Source: Clostridia bacterium (GTDB lineage Bacteria > Bacillota > Clostridia > JAAYHZ01). From it: DNA of 64,000 bases. Where the stretch lies: positions 256,001 to 320,000 of the forward strand of contig JBMNIH010000003.1 in the NCBI GenBank assembly GCA_050950825.1, given 5' to 3'. The notes beneath the pieces were generated by a model. It worked only from the letters and a program-made list of their open reading frames with translations. It made no database searches and had not been told where the DNA came from. Positions 1 to 9,717 of this stretch are shown here, piece by piece. The translations under genes were made by a program, and so were the position numbers. Within the stretch, counting starts at the first letter, position 1. Every line of letters starts with the position of its first letter.

Positions 1-1451
1 ATGGAGGACAGGGAAGCCACCGATAAAAACAGCACGATGCTTAAAACCAAAGACAGAATCGTCGCTTTGTACCGCTTGTTGTTTCGTTTTAAGTTCTTTA
101 ATGCCAATTCCGCTTCGAAGCCGAACAAGGCTTTTGTGATTCCCGTTGTTTTTACCGCCTTGGGCGTCAGCTTGATATCCTTGGTTTGGCGAATAGCGTC
201 AATAGGAGAAATTTTCGACGCTCTTTTTGCCGGTACCCAAACGGATATGAACACCGTTACGGCGGACAAAAGGACGGATGCAACAATAGCCGGAAAGGAA
301 ACCACCAAAGTGAACTTTTGGGTATCTCCTACCATGCCCGATATCAAAGGATGAAGAAGCTGCAAGGTAACACCGATCCCCAAGGTTCCGAAAAACAAAC
401 CGATCGGTACGGCAATAAGCCCCGTCGCAAAGCCTTCAAAGTAGACGGAATTTCGTTTTTGTTTTTTCGTTGCCCCCACACTGGCCAACATCCCCAAATG
501 CTTGCTGCGTTCCGATATGGAAATGGCAAAGGCATTGTAAATCAAGGATACGGAGCCTATCATAATGAGCAAAATGACAAAGCTCGCCAAGATATAGAAG
601 GTGCTTAATAACCGTTCATCGGTAACCAGCATATGGTATCTTAACAAGGAGATATTGTATCCGGCTTTAAGAGGATCCATACCGGCCTCTTTCGCCATTC
701 GTTCTCCCAATCGGAACAGATTTCTCGGCACCTTCTTGAAGGTCCCGTATACCGTAATTTTCGATTTGTCCACGGGGATCTCGTCATCCAAAAGAGTTAA
801 CGCCGTATAGCCCGGCGACCAAAGGTATTCGGTAGAGGGCCGTTCCATGATTCCCGTGACGGTAAATTCGCGGGTGATACGAACCTTTATAGATTCTCCC
901 TCTCTTTCTTCCGTTGGGGGTACATAGCTCCAAGATTGTCCCATGTAGGAATCGATATCCGGATGAAATCGATCGCCGATTTCCAAAGTGACAATGTCGC
1001 CGATTTTGTAAGGAATATCATCGTCTTCCGGCACGGAAATGACGATTTCATAAGAATTCTCAGGATACCTTCCCTCCAAAAGCTTGTAGTTGAAAATTTG
1101 AAACCCGTTTTCATCGAATCCTCTTACGAACCAATAGGGCTTGCTCTCGTTTTTACTTTCCGGAAAAAGAGCATACCCGATATCCGTTCCTTTCGATACC
1201 GTAAGCGATTTTCTTTTTCCCATTACCTCTTCGATTTGTACAATTTGCTCTTCCGTCAAAGAATTGTACAAAATGTGCCAATTTCCCGTTTCCTCAATGG
1301 TAATCCGCTGCAACAGGTTTAAAAAAGAAGAGGTAAAAGTAGCCACCGCCGTAATCATGCATACGGACAAAGCCACGCCGATAATGGTGACGAAGGTTCT
1401 CCTTTTGTTCAGCTTCATGTGGCGAACCGTCAATACGTTCATAATATTCAT
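1..1451 (-). CDS. ABC transporter permease, FtsX/MacB-like (3' end runs off the window)
   Basis: Not in the ORF track. Manual translation from ATG at 1451, which overlaps the ATPase stop: MNIMNVLTVRHMKLNKRRTFVTIIGVALSV...IYNAFAISISERSKHLGMLASVGAT...PAKRASKISPIDAIR, typical FtsX-type motifs. Confidence 0.9.
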   Translation of the reverse strand, partial: MNIMNVLTVRHMKLNKRRTFVTIIGVALSVCMITAVATFTSSFLNLLQRITIEETGNWHILYNSLTEEQIVQIEEVMGKRKSLTVSKGTDIGYALFPESKNESKPYWFVRGFDENGFQIFNYKLLEGRYPENSYEIVISVPEDDDIPYKIGDIVTLEIGDRFHPDIDSYMGQSWSYVPPTEEREGESIKVRITREFTVTGIMERPSTEYLWSPGYTALTLLDDEIPVDKSKITVYGTFKKVPRNLFRLGERMAKEAGMDPLKAGYNISLLRYHMLVTDERLLSTFYILASFVILLIMIGSVSLIYNAFAISISERSKHLGMLASVGATKKQKRNSVYFEGFATGLIAVPIGLFFGTLGIGVTLQLLHPLISGMVGDTQKFTLVVSFPAIVASVLLSAVTVFISVWVPAKRASKISPIDAIRQTKDIKLTPKAVKTTGITKALFGFEAELALKNLKRNNKRYKATILSLVLSIVLFLSVASLSS

Positions 1452-2131
1452 GAGCGGATCACCTCGTCCTTGCAAATCCTTCCGTCTTCGATGGAAATGA
1501 TCCGATCCGCCTGCATGGCGATTCTCTCGTCATGGGTAATCACAATCAGTGTTTGGTTATACTTTTTATTCGAAAGCTTCAGCAAAGATAAAATCTCCGA
1601 TCCGCTTTTGCTGTCCAAGTTGCCGGTAGGCTCATCCGCCAAAACCAAGGCCGGGTTGTTGATTAAAGCCCGTCCGATGGACACCCGCTGCTGCTGTCCC
1701 CCGGACAATTGGTTCGGCAAATGCTCCAAGCGGTCTTTCAAATTCAAGGTTTTTAAAATCTCGTCCAAATAGCCGGAATCGATTTTTCGCCCGTCCAGCA
1801 ATAAGGGCAAAAGAATGTTTTCCCTTACGTTTAAAACCGGAATCAGGTTGTAGAACTGGTAGATAAGTCCGATTTGCCGTCTTCGGAATATAGCCAGCTT
1901 TGTTTCATCCAATTGAAAAATGTCGGTATTATCCACATACACTTTACCGGATGTAGGTCGGTCCACGCCTCCTATGATATGAAGCAAAGTGGACTTCCCG
2001 GACCCGGAAGGGCCGATGATGGCCACAAATTGTCCTTTTTCAACGGAAAAAGACACGTCGTTTAAAGCTTTTACCGCCGTTTCTCCTTTTCCGTATATTT
2101 TACTTATGTTCTCCACTCTTAAAATTTCCAA
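1448..2131 (-). CDS. ABC transporter ATP-binding protein (LolD/MacB-like)
   Basis: Walker [18 protein letters not shown] signature, LADEPTGNLD. Confidence 0.95.
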   Translation of the reverse strand: MEILRVENISKIYGKGETAVKALNDVSFSVEKGQFVAIIGPSGSGKSTLLHIIGGVDRPTSGKVYVDNTDIFQLDETKLAIFRRRQIGLIYQFYNLIPVLNVRENILLPLLLDGRKIDSGYLDEILKTLNLKDRLEHLPNQLSGGQQQRVSIGRALINNPALVLADEPTGNLDSKSGSEILSLLKLSNKKYNQTLIVITHDERIAMQADRIISIEDGRICKDEVIRS

Positions 2132-2173
2132 ACGGTATCACTCTCCTTTGTATGAGACCATCCTACACGGCCC

Positions 2174-2214
2174 GTGTGACGATTCGGTGACAAATCCGGT
2201 GACATTTTCGTCAC
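2174..2214 (-). promoter_or_regulatory. Probable OmpR-family response-regulator binding site
   Basis: GTGAC repeated at 2176, 2187 and 2199 (11-12 bp period) plus an inverted copy at 2210, upstream of the ABC operon and next to a two-component system. Confidence 0.5.
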
Positions 2215-2226
2215 TTGATAAAAAGA

Positions 2227-3234
2227 CTAAATGATATTCTTGTAAAACCGTAAGGTAAAGCAAGATCCCTTCCCCGCTTCGCTTCGTACCTCGATGGTTC
2301 CCCCTTGCTTTTCGACAATAGCCTTGGCCATAGCCAGCCCGATTCCCACGCTGTCTTTAGTGGAGCGGGACGACTTAAAGAATCGTTCGAACAGTCGAGG
2401 AAGGTCTTCCTTCGAAATCCCTTCTCCGTTGTCTTCCACGGATACGGATGTAAAAAGAGGAGTTTCTTCGTACCGAATCGTAATCTCGCCTCCTCGCGGT
2501 GTATGCTCAATGCTGTTTTTCACGATATTCGCCAATGCCTCGCATGTCCATTGAAAATCTCCGGTAAATCCCGCATTCTCGTCTCCTGTAATGGTCAGCT
2601 TTTGGTCCTTTAAATCGGCAAGAATCAATAAATGAGAGACGGACCGGCGAACCAGCTCTTTCACCGAGATCGGTTCTTTTTTAAACGTCACCGCGTCGGC
2701 GTCCATTTTCGAAAGCTTTAAAAGAGAGGAAACAAGCCATTGCAAGCGGTCCAGCTGCTGTCTTACGTTTTTCGTAAATTCCATTCTCTTTTCCAAAGGC
2801 AGGCTCTTATCCATTAAAAGGTCCGCCATGACCGTCATGGAGGTAAGTGGAGTCTTGATCTGATGGGAAATGTCGGACAGAACATCGGAAAGAAAGCGTT
2901 TATCCTTTTTTAAGGCTTCCGCCTGCTCGTAAAGAGTTACCGTAACCTTGTAAATTTCGTTCTTTAATATGCTAAGCTCGCCTTCCGTATTGTCCCGCAC
3001 GTCCAGTTGAAAATCCCCTTTGGCGATTTGTCTTAAATAGGCGGACAACCGCCGTATTTCCCTGTATCGACGGAAAGTAAACAATAGAAAGCAAAAGATA
3101 ATCAAGAAAGATAAGACCAAAAGCAGCCAAGCCGCATCAGGATAAAGAAAAAGACACGCAATCGTACCCCCTGCAACGAGTAGAATAACGATCAAGCAAA
3201 ATATTTTAATTTCTCTATTTCGAAGCATAGCCAC
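2227..3234 (-). CDS. Sensor histidine kinase
   Basis: Two N-terminal TM segments, H-box SHQIKTPLTS, N/G boxes NIVKNSIEH, DNGEGI, GIGLAMAK. Confidence 0.95.
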   Translation of the reverse strand: MAMLRNREIKIFCLIVILLVAGGTIACLFLYPDAAWLLLVLSFLIIFCFLLFTFRRYREIRRLSAYLRQIAKGDFQLDVRDNTEGELSILKNEIYKVTVTLYEQAEALKKDKRFLSDVLSDISHQIKTPLTSMTVMADLLMDKSLPLEKRMEFTKNVRQQLDRLQWLVSSLLKLSKMDADAVTFKKEPISVKELVRRSVSHLLILADLKDQKLTITGDENAGFTGDFQWTCEALANIVKNSIEHTPRGGEITIRYEETPLFTSVSVEDNGEGISKEDLPRLFERFFKSSRSTKDSVGIGLAMAKAIVEKQGGTIEVRSEAGKGSCFTLRFYKNII

Positions 3235-3247
3235 ACTCTTATTTATA

Positions 3248-3943
3248 TTATTTTTCCGTCATGTAGCCGATCCCTCTTACGGTCTTGATGACGGTAGGGT
3301 TTTTCGGATCGTCCTCGATCTTTTCACGAAGACGCTTGATATATACGGTTAAGGTGTTGTCATTGACGTAGTCCCCGGCAATATCCCACATGTCCTCCAA
3401 AAGCTTTCCTCGAGTCATGATTTGCCCGGGTCTTGAAGCCAATATTAATAGGAGGCGGTATTCCATGGCCGTAAGCAAGATTTCTTCTCCGTTTTTATAC
3501 ACCTTCCCTTGGCCCGTGTGAACGGTGACATTTCCCAAGGAAATAACGGAAGGGGCTCCGCTTTCCGCCTTGTATCGCCGAAGGACCGATTTGATACGGG
3601 ACAAAAGCTCCCGAAGCCGAAACGGTTTGGAGACGTAGTCGTCGGCCCCCATATCCAACCCCATCACCACGTTGACCTCATCGTCGGAGGCGGTTAGAAA
3701 AATCACCGGAATCTCGTGTTTTTCCTTAATCCGCTTACACAAATCGTACCCGTTTCCGTCCGGCAAGGATACGTCCAAAATCGCCAAGTCGAAGGGCTTG
3801 TCGTTTATGACCGACAGCGCCGATTTATAGTTTTCACAAGTATATACGGTATATCCTTCCTCCTTTAGGGAGTAGGTAAGACCCGTAGATATGACCGGGT
3901 CGTCTTCAACGAATAATATGGCCGTTCGGTTCATCCTTATCAC
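3248..3943 (-). CDS. OmpR-family response regulator
   Basis: VEDD, LDVSLPDGNG, GADDYVSKPF, C-terminal winged helix TVRGIGY. Confidence 0.95.
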   Translation of the reverse strand: MIRMNRTAILFVEDDPVISTGLTYSLKEEGYTVYTCENYKSALSVINDKPFDLAILDVSLPDGNGYDLCKRIKEKHEIPVIFLTASDDEVNVVMGLDMGADDYVSKPFRLRELLSRIKSVLRRYKAESGAPSVISLGNVTVHTGQGKVYKNGEEILLTAMEYRLLLILASRPGQIMTRGKLLEDMWDIAGDYVNDNTLTVYIKRLREKIEDDPKNPTVIKTVRGIGYMTEK

Positions 3944-4168
3944 TCAACATTTCTATACCTATTTTAAAGTTTTTTATTCCGCCTTTTAAATATATCATAC
4001 CGCCGGCAATACAACAAGAAACAAGGAAGTGCCCGTCAATTCTTAATATTTATCCCGATTTTCATGGAAATGCATATAAATTTACCTTATTCCGCCGTTT
4101 ACGATAATCTTTATCTTTCCTCCTTCGTCAAACTCCCTCCGATGCCTTCACCGTACCGTTTTCAGCTA

Positions 4169-4197
4169 TTGACTAAATGACCCGGTTGTAGTATGAT
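4169..4197 (+). promoter_or_regulatory. Sigma-A promoter
   Basis: TTGACT-17 bp-TATGAT upstream of the CNNM gene leader. Confidence 0.6.
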
Positions 4198-4317
4198 TAC
4201 TCGTACTAAGATAGGAGTGAATCTTTAATCAATGGACGACTCGCCTTTACCTGAGCGATGTACTGTTACTAAAATTTTTGGCGGATATAGCAAATATATA
4301 AGTAAATATGGAACCAT

Positions 4318-4370
4318 AAAAAGCACGAGAACATTTTGGGTTTATTCGACCATGTTTTTGTGCTTTTTTT
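4318..4370 (+). terminator. Intrinsic terminator/attenuator in the CNNM gene leader
   Basis: AAGCACGAGAACAT pairs with ATGTTTTTGTGCTT (G-U allowed), followed by a T run. Confidence 0.55.
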
Positions 4371-4481
4371 GTATAAAAATAGGCGTGAAGAGCTGTGCAT
4401 ATGAATAACCGTAGAACGGGGTACACTCTCATTATTGGCACAATGATTCATTGTGATACGAAAATTTAGGAGGTTTTTTCT

Positions 4482-5888
4482 TTGTCAGACGATGGCTCTA
4501 TTTTTTGGCAACTGCTGTTTCAATTGTTTTTGATATTAGTCAATGCAATATTTGCCAGTGCTGAAATTGCCGTTCTTTCTACGAATGAGAATAAGATCGC
4601 ACGACTGTCGGCGGAAGGCGACAAACGTGCATCGAAGTTGAACAATTTAACAAATCAACCTGCACGTTTCTTGGCAACCATTCAAGTAGGTATTACCCTT
4701 GCCGGCTTTTTAGCCAGCGCTTTTGCCGCGGATAACTTCTCGGACAGAATCGTGCACAGATTATTGGAGTTAGGGGTCAAAATGCCGCAAGCCACCTTAA
4801 ACAACATTGTGGTTGTGTTGATTACGCTCCTTTTGTCCTACTTCATGCTGGTGTTCGGAGAACTGGTGCCGAAGCGGATCGCCATGCGTAACGCCGAAAA
4901 ATTAAGCTTGGGCTTGTCCGGAATGCTCTACGGCTTATCGAAAATATTCTTTCCCTTGGTGGCGCTCCTGACCGTATCCACAAACGGTGTCTTAAGGTTA
5001 TTGGGCATTGATCCGGAAGCGGCGGATAACAACATATCCGAAGAAGAAATCCGTATGATGGTGGATGAAGGTACCGAAAAAGGGGCCGTAACCCACACGG
5101 AAAAAGAAATGATTCAGAATGTTTTCGAGTTCGACGACAAAACCGCCGAGGAGGTTATGACCCACCGAACCGAGGTGGTGGTATTGTGGTTGGACGAAAC
5201 TCCCGAACAGTGGGATGAAACCATAACCGAAAGTCGACATACCATTTATCCCGTTTGTGACGAAACCATGGATAATGTCATCGGAATTTTAAACATAAAA
5301 GATTACTACAGATTGAAAGACAAATCCAGAGACAGCGTATTGAAAAATGCCGTGAAACCGGCTTACTTTGTACCGGAAACCGTGAAAACCGACGTTTTAT
5401 TCCGCAATATGAAGGCTACTCGCAACCACTTCGCAATCGTGTTGGACGAATACGGCGGTATGAACGGTATCATCACCATGAACGACCTTTTGGAGCAGCT
5501 GGTAGGCGACTTGGGAGACGATCACCCGGAAGTGGAAATCGAACCGGAAATCGAGCGTATCGACTCAAGGACTTGGAAAATACTCGGATTCGTTCCCTTG
5601 GAAAGAGTCTCCGAGCAGCTGGGAGTTCTCCTTCCCGTAGACGACTTCGAAACCTTCGGCGGGTTTGTATTCGGCGAGTTGGGTTATGTTCCGGATGACG
5701 GGGCTACCCCGGAGCTGGAAGCCTTCGGGTTATCCATTAAGGTTCTTGAAATTACGGACCACCAAATGATAAAAGCGGTGGTTTACGTACAGGAACAGCC
5801 CGACGAAGAATTAGCCGGTGAAAAGCAAGAAAAAAGATCGGAAAGACCCGGCCGAAAGGAAAAGACGGGAGAATTGATAGACGCATAA
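4482..5888 (+). CDS. Hemolysin/CNNM (CorC/TlyC/MpfA-like) CBS-domain divalent-metal transporter
   Basis: NAIFASAEIA, FGELVPKRIA, CBS pair, VLDEYGG, C-terminal CorC domain; TTG start with AGGAGG RBS. Confidence 0.92.
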   Translation: MSDDGSIFWQLLFQLFLILVNAIFASAEIAVLSTNENKIARLSAEGDKRASKLNNLTNQPARFLATIQVGITLAGFLASAFAADNFSDRIVHRLLELGVKMPQATLNNIVVVLITLLLSYFMLVFGELVPKRIAMRNAEKLSLGLSGMLYGLSKIFFPLVALLTVSTNGVLRLLGIDPEAADNNISEEEIRMMVDEGTEKGAVTHTEKEMIQNVFEFDDKTAEEVMTHRTEVVVLWLDETPEQWDETITESRHTIYPVCDETMDNVIGILNIKDYYRLKDKSRDSVLKNAVKPAYFVPETVKTDVLFRNMKATRNHFAIVLDEYGGMNGIITMNDLLEQLVGDLGDDHPEVEIEPEIERIDSRTWKILGFVPLERVSEQLGVLLPVDDFETFGGFVFGELGYVPDDGATPELEAFGLSIKVLEITDHQMIKAVVYVQEQPDEELAGEKQEKRSERPGRKEKTGELIDA

Positions 5889-5910
5889 CAATAATTGTAC
5901 AAAATAAAAC

Positions 5911-5943
5911 AGCCTTTACAGTTTATAATGTAAAGGCTTTTTT
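5911..5943. terminator. Bidirectional intrinsic terminator
   Basis: AGCCTTTACA / TGTAAAGGCT stem between convergent genes. Confidence 0.7.
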
Positions 5944-5957
5944 ATATTCTTCATTTC

Positions 5958-6482
5958 CTATATATGATGTTCGTTTATCTTTGTCTCACTGATTCGTGTC
6001 AGCAGTTCGTTTAGAAGAACCATTCCTTTTACGATGTCGTTAATCACACCGATATCCGATTCTTCCAATATCTTTTGCAGCTTCATCATCAACGTTTTGT
6101 CGATATCGTCGGCAATACTCCTGCCGTATTCCGTGAGATCCACCATCACCATACGTTCATCCGAGGGATCTCTTCTACGAACGACCAAGCCTTGGTCTTC
6201 CATTCTCTTGCACATGGCAGACAAGTTGGCTCCCGCCACGGCAACGCTTTCCGCCAAATTGCCGATGGATTTCGGGCCGTAATGATGCAATTCGGTAATG
6301 ATTCTTCCCTGCATCATGGTCAGTCCGTACTTTTCGCACAAAGGAGAAAAAGCCTTATTCGTATTATCCTTAATGATACGGGTATTTTCCCATAAAATGT
6401 TCCTGACTTCTTCCGTATTCACTATTACACCCGGTTTTTTCAATTCTTGGTAGTAACAAGATTGATTAACCGAGCTTGTCAC
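5958..6482 (-). CDS. MarR-family transcriptional regulator
   Basis: GLTMMQ...LAESV...KRMEDQGLVVRRRDPSDERMVMVDLTEYG; start position uncertain. Confidence 0.88.
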   Translation of the reverse strand: MTSSVNQSCYYQELKKPGVIVNTEEVRNILWENTRIIKDNTNKAFSPLCEKYGLTMMQGRIITELHHYGPKSIGNLAESVAVAGANLSAMCKRMEDQGLVVRRRDPSDERMVMVDLTEYGRSIADDIDKTLMMKLQKILEESDIGVINDIVKGMVLLNELLTRISETKINEHHI

Positions 6483-6612
6483 CGCCTTTCTTTTATGATT
6501 CTCTTTATTTGATTCTCTTCATATTCCTACGGATTGAGACTAAGTAGAAGTGTGAGCCGTTATATAATATATAATATAGGGAATGAAAGTCGGATTGTCA
6601 AATTTCCTATCC

Positions 6613-7419
6613 TCATTTATCCGCAGGTATTGTGAACTTCTCAAAAATGACCCCGTGAACGTCCTTCGGAAGGCTATGAAACTCTTCCGGACTTGTGACG
6701 GTCCAAAGCACGATCAAAGGGTTAAAAAAGGTCTTAACCAACCAAAAGCCTAGAGACTTGTCTTTATTTCTGTATGCTATAAAATCCGGTCCGGACAGGC
6801 AGTTTACCAAAAGGTTTTTCATTGCAATGGCACCGATAATCGATATTGTCCTGTTTTTTATAAAATCCATGGACAACTGCCCTCTTATTATATCCGGACG
6901 ATTGTTTTTAAACCACCGAATAACAAAAGGACTAAAGGACTCCACATAAATCTTCCCTTTATACCTGTCTATAGCCTCGCAAACCGCCGGGCACGCCCGC
7001 AAATCTTTTTCGCCTCTTTGGGTTTTGACCTCCAAAATCACCGGTACATCTTCCAACAGCCCTAAGACATCTTCCAAAAGAGGGATACGATCGACACCGC
7101 CTTTTAAAGGATACTGCAGCAGTTCTTCGTATGTTAAGTCGTCGACCTTTTTCTTAACACCGCACATCCTTTCAAGATCATTGTCGTGGAAAACCACAAG
7201 CTTTTGATCCTTCGTAAGCTGTACATCCAGTTCCACACCGTATCCACGGTTTTTCGCCCGCCGAAAAGCTTCCATAGAATTTTCCGGAACGGTATCGTCA
7301 TGCAGTCCTCTGTGGGCAAAATATTTCGTTTCCAAGGACTCCGTTCTTCTTTTCCCGGGCTTCACCAAAAACAACACCAAGCAAAAGATTAACAGCAGAA
7401 CCGCAATAAATATATGCAA
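6613..7419 (-). CDS. Glycerophosphodiester phosphodiesterase family protein
   Basis: AHRG, ENSMEAF, ELDVQLTKD, VVFHD motifs; N-terminal TM anchor. Confidence 0.92.
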   Translation of the reverse strand: MHIFIAVLLLIFCLVLFLVKPGKRRTESLETKYFAHRGLHDDTVPENSMEAFRRAKNRGYGVELDVQLTKDQKLVVFHDNDLERMCGVKKKVDDLTYEELLQYPLKGGVDRIPLLEDVLGLLEDVPVILEVKTQRGEKDLRACPAVCEAIDRYKGKIYVESFSPFVIRWFKNNRPDIIRGQLSMDFIKNRTISIIGAIAMKNLLVNCLSGPDFIAYRNKDKSLGFWLVKTFFNPLIVLWTVTSPEEFHSLPKDVHGVIFEKFTIPADK

Positions 7420-7439
7420 ACCTCTTCACATCCCTCCTA

Positions 7440-8723
7440 TCAATCCAATCCATCCGGCATGGTCAATTTGTCTTTCGGAGGTACCGGCTTGCTGTCGCCG
7501 TGCCGCACTGCCGTCATGGTTAAAAAGGCCAATGCCATGAACACCGCCGCATAGGGGAACAAGGTGCGGTATCCGACAAATTCCAGCAGCGCTCCGGATA
7601 ATATGGGCGTCAGTATCTGAGCCGCCATGGAGAAGGTGTAATAATATCCCGTATATTTGCCAATATCCGATCCTTTGGACATTTCGACCACCATCGGATA
7701 AGAGTTTACGTTGATTAAAGCCCACCCTACGCCGATAAATACAAGAAGAATATTCATGGAGGGTTTGTATTCGGTGTATGTAAAGGCCAAGGAGAAGCAT
7801 ACAAACATCAAAAGAATCCCCAACATGATGGTCTTTTTTCTTCCGATTTTCGATGCTATCAAACCGGAAGGGATGTAGGTAATGATAGCCGCTGCCGTAG
7901 CCAGAAGCATTTTTCCTGCAAATCCGCCTCCTTCAAGCTTCAAAAAATCCTGGGCGTACTTGGAGAAAGCGGTGGTAACCGCGTTGTAAGCCATAAACCA
8001 AAACGATATGGATACCAATATGAATGCCAGGCTTCGGAAAACGTCCTTAGGAAGCTTGGATGATTCGCTTGTTGTCTTTTCTTCCTCGTTTTTCGGTTCC
8101 TCCCGGTCCAAGCCTTCGATGGTATGAAGAAGCTTGTTTTCATTTACCGTAAATATCAATATGACAACAGCCAATACCATCAAAGCGGCAATGCAGGCGA
8201 ACAAAGGCAGGTAATTGGGTTTGTCGACTTTTTTCACCAAAAAAGATATCAAAACCAACGATACCATACCGCCTACGGCTCCCATCAAATTAATAATGGC
8301 GTTGGCCTTTGACCTTAACGGCTTGGGCGTCAAATCCGGCATCAGCGCTACTGCCGGGGATCGGTAAGTGCCCATGGCAACCAAGGTTAAGAATAAAGCG
8401 ATAATGAACATGGGAAGATTCACCTTGTTATCGCTTACGGGCAATAATATCATGAAAACAACCGCCATTGCCGTTCCGCCGATAATGAACGGCATACGCT
8501 TCCCGATAGGCGTTTTAACCTTATCCGACAGCGCACCGAACAAAGGAAGCAAAAATAGGGCCATCACGTTATCTGCAGCCATAACCGCACCGGCTACGGT
8601 ATCCCCGATTTTAAATGTGTTTTTTAATATCAAGGGAACGATACTGTCATACAACTGCCAAAAAGCGCAAATGGAAAGAAACGCAAATCCGATAAAGAAA
8701 GTCCGTTTGTAATTCAGCTTCAT
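7440..8723 (-). CDS. MFS transporter (SLC45/sugar type)
   Basis: 12-TM pattern, GALSDK...GKRMPFI motif. Confidence 0.9.
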   Translation of the reverse strand: MKLNYKRTFFIGFAFLSICAFWQLYDSIVPLILKNTFKIGDTVAGAVMAADNVMALFLLPLFGALSDKVKTPIGKRMPFIIGGTAMAVVFMILLPVSDNKVNLPMFIIALFLTLVAMGTYRSPAVALMPDLTPKPLRSKANAIINLMGAVGGMVSLVLISFLVKKVDKPNYLPLFACIAALMVLAVVILIFTVNENKLLHTIEGLDREEPKNEEEKTTSESSKLPKDVFRSLAFILVSISFWFMAYNAVTTAFSKYAQDFLKLEGGGFAGKMLLATAAAIITYIPSGLIASKIGRKKTIMLGILLMFVCFSLAFTYTEYKPSMNILLVFIGVGWALINVNSYPMVVEMSKGSDIGKYTGYYYTFSMAAQILTPILSGALLEFVGYRTLFPYAAVFMALAFLTMTAVRHGDSKPVPPKDKLTMPDGLD

Positions 8724-9009
8724 TGATTTGTTCTCCTTTGATGGTCTTTCATTTTTAATTATACATAAGGCAGATAAAGCTTGCTTTTTGGTGAGTATAT
8801 ATAATGCTATTATGTATAAACTTACTATATCATAAATTTATTCGTTTGTGCTATAACTATATAATAAAATTTCAACATTTTTTGACTTTATGTCTAACAT
8901 GATTAAACAGGTTAACCGATTGTTTTTTATCGGGTAATGCCGGGTTCTTGTTATATTATGAATTTCTTAAACCGGGTAAGCGAATATTGCATCCCCGATT
9001 GTACCGTAA

Positions 9010-9043
9010 AAAAAGATGATTTCGAAAGAGAAATCATCTTTTT
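9010..9043 (-). terminator. Intrinsic terminator
   Basis: AAAAAGATGATTTC / GAAATCATCTTTTT inverted repeat after the sirtuin gene. Confidence 0.7.
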
Positions 9044-9048
9044 ATTCC

Positions 9049-9657
9049 CTATTTCCCCTCAAAAATTTGCTTCAAATATTCGGGTACTTTGGTTTCGGCG
9101 CTCTCATTGATTAACGTGATTTTCGCTCCTTTTGCTTCCGCCATGTTGGTAAATATCCAAGAGGTGGAGGTATAAAATGAAGTGCCTATTACCAAAAGCT
9201 CTTTTGTATTTGTCACCAACTTGGCCGCCTCCGAATACAAAGGGATGTTGTCTCCGTACAATACCACGTTAGGCTGAAGCTTTTCATGACACGATTTGCA
9301 GTAAATGGATTCCTCCAGCACGTCATAGCTATACCGCTTTTGGCAGCAGTCGCAGTACAAATAGTCCAAGCAGCCGTGAATCTCTACGATATTCGTGCTG
9401 CCCGCCCTTTTATGCAAGCCGTCAATGTTCATGGTGACCACCGGTACATCATACCGGGCTATCGCCAAATGCGCGGGATTTGGTTTCGCTTGGTCGCAGG
9501 TTCTTCTCATTTGATTCAATATGCGGTAGAAGTCTTCCGTATATCGGTTGAAGTAATCGCGGCTGAGTTTTTCCCTAAGATCCCCCATCTCTGCGAATGT
9601 GGGAATTCCGCTTGCCTTGGAAATACCGGCACCCGTAAAAGCAACGATTCTGTACAT
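9049..9657 (-). CDS. cobB: Sir2/CobB-family NAD-dependent deacylase
   Basis: TGAGISKASGIPTF, NIDGLHKRAG, EIHG, two CxxC motifs, IGTS. Confidence 0.88.
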   Translation of the reverse strand: MYRIVAFTGAGISKASGIPTFAEMGDLREKLSRDYFNRYTEDFYRILNQMRRTCDQAKPNPAHLAIARYDVPVVTMNIDGLHKRAGSTNIVEIHGCLDYLYCDCCQKRYSYDVLEESIYCKSCHEKLQPNVVLYGDNIPLYSEAAKLVTNTKELLVIGTSFYTSTSWIFTNMAEAKGAKITLINESAETKVPEYLKQIFEGK

Positions 9658-9717
9658 CTTCTTTCATGCCCCGAAGGATAAGCTTGGGGCATTTTCCTCC
9701 TTCCACATATATTGTCA

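Noticed and set aside
1-1500. Plus-strand ORFs at 1-1500 and the many short overlapping ORFs throughout the window
   Set aside because: They are antisense or alternate-frame shadows of well-supported genes and have no recognisable motifs.
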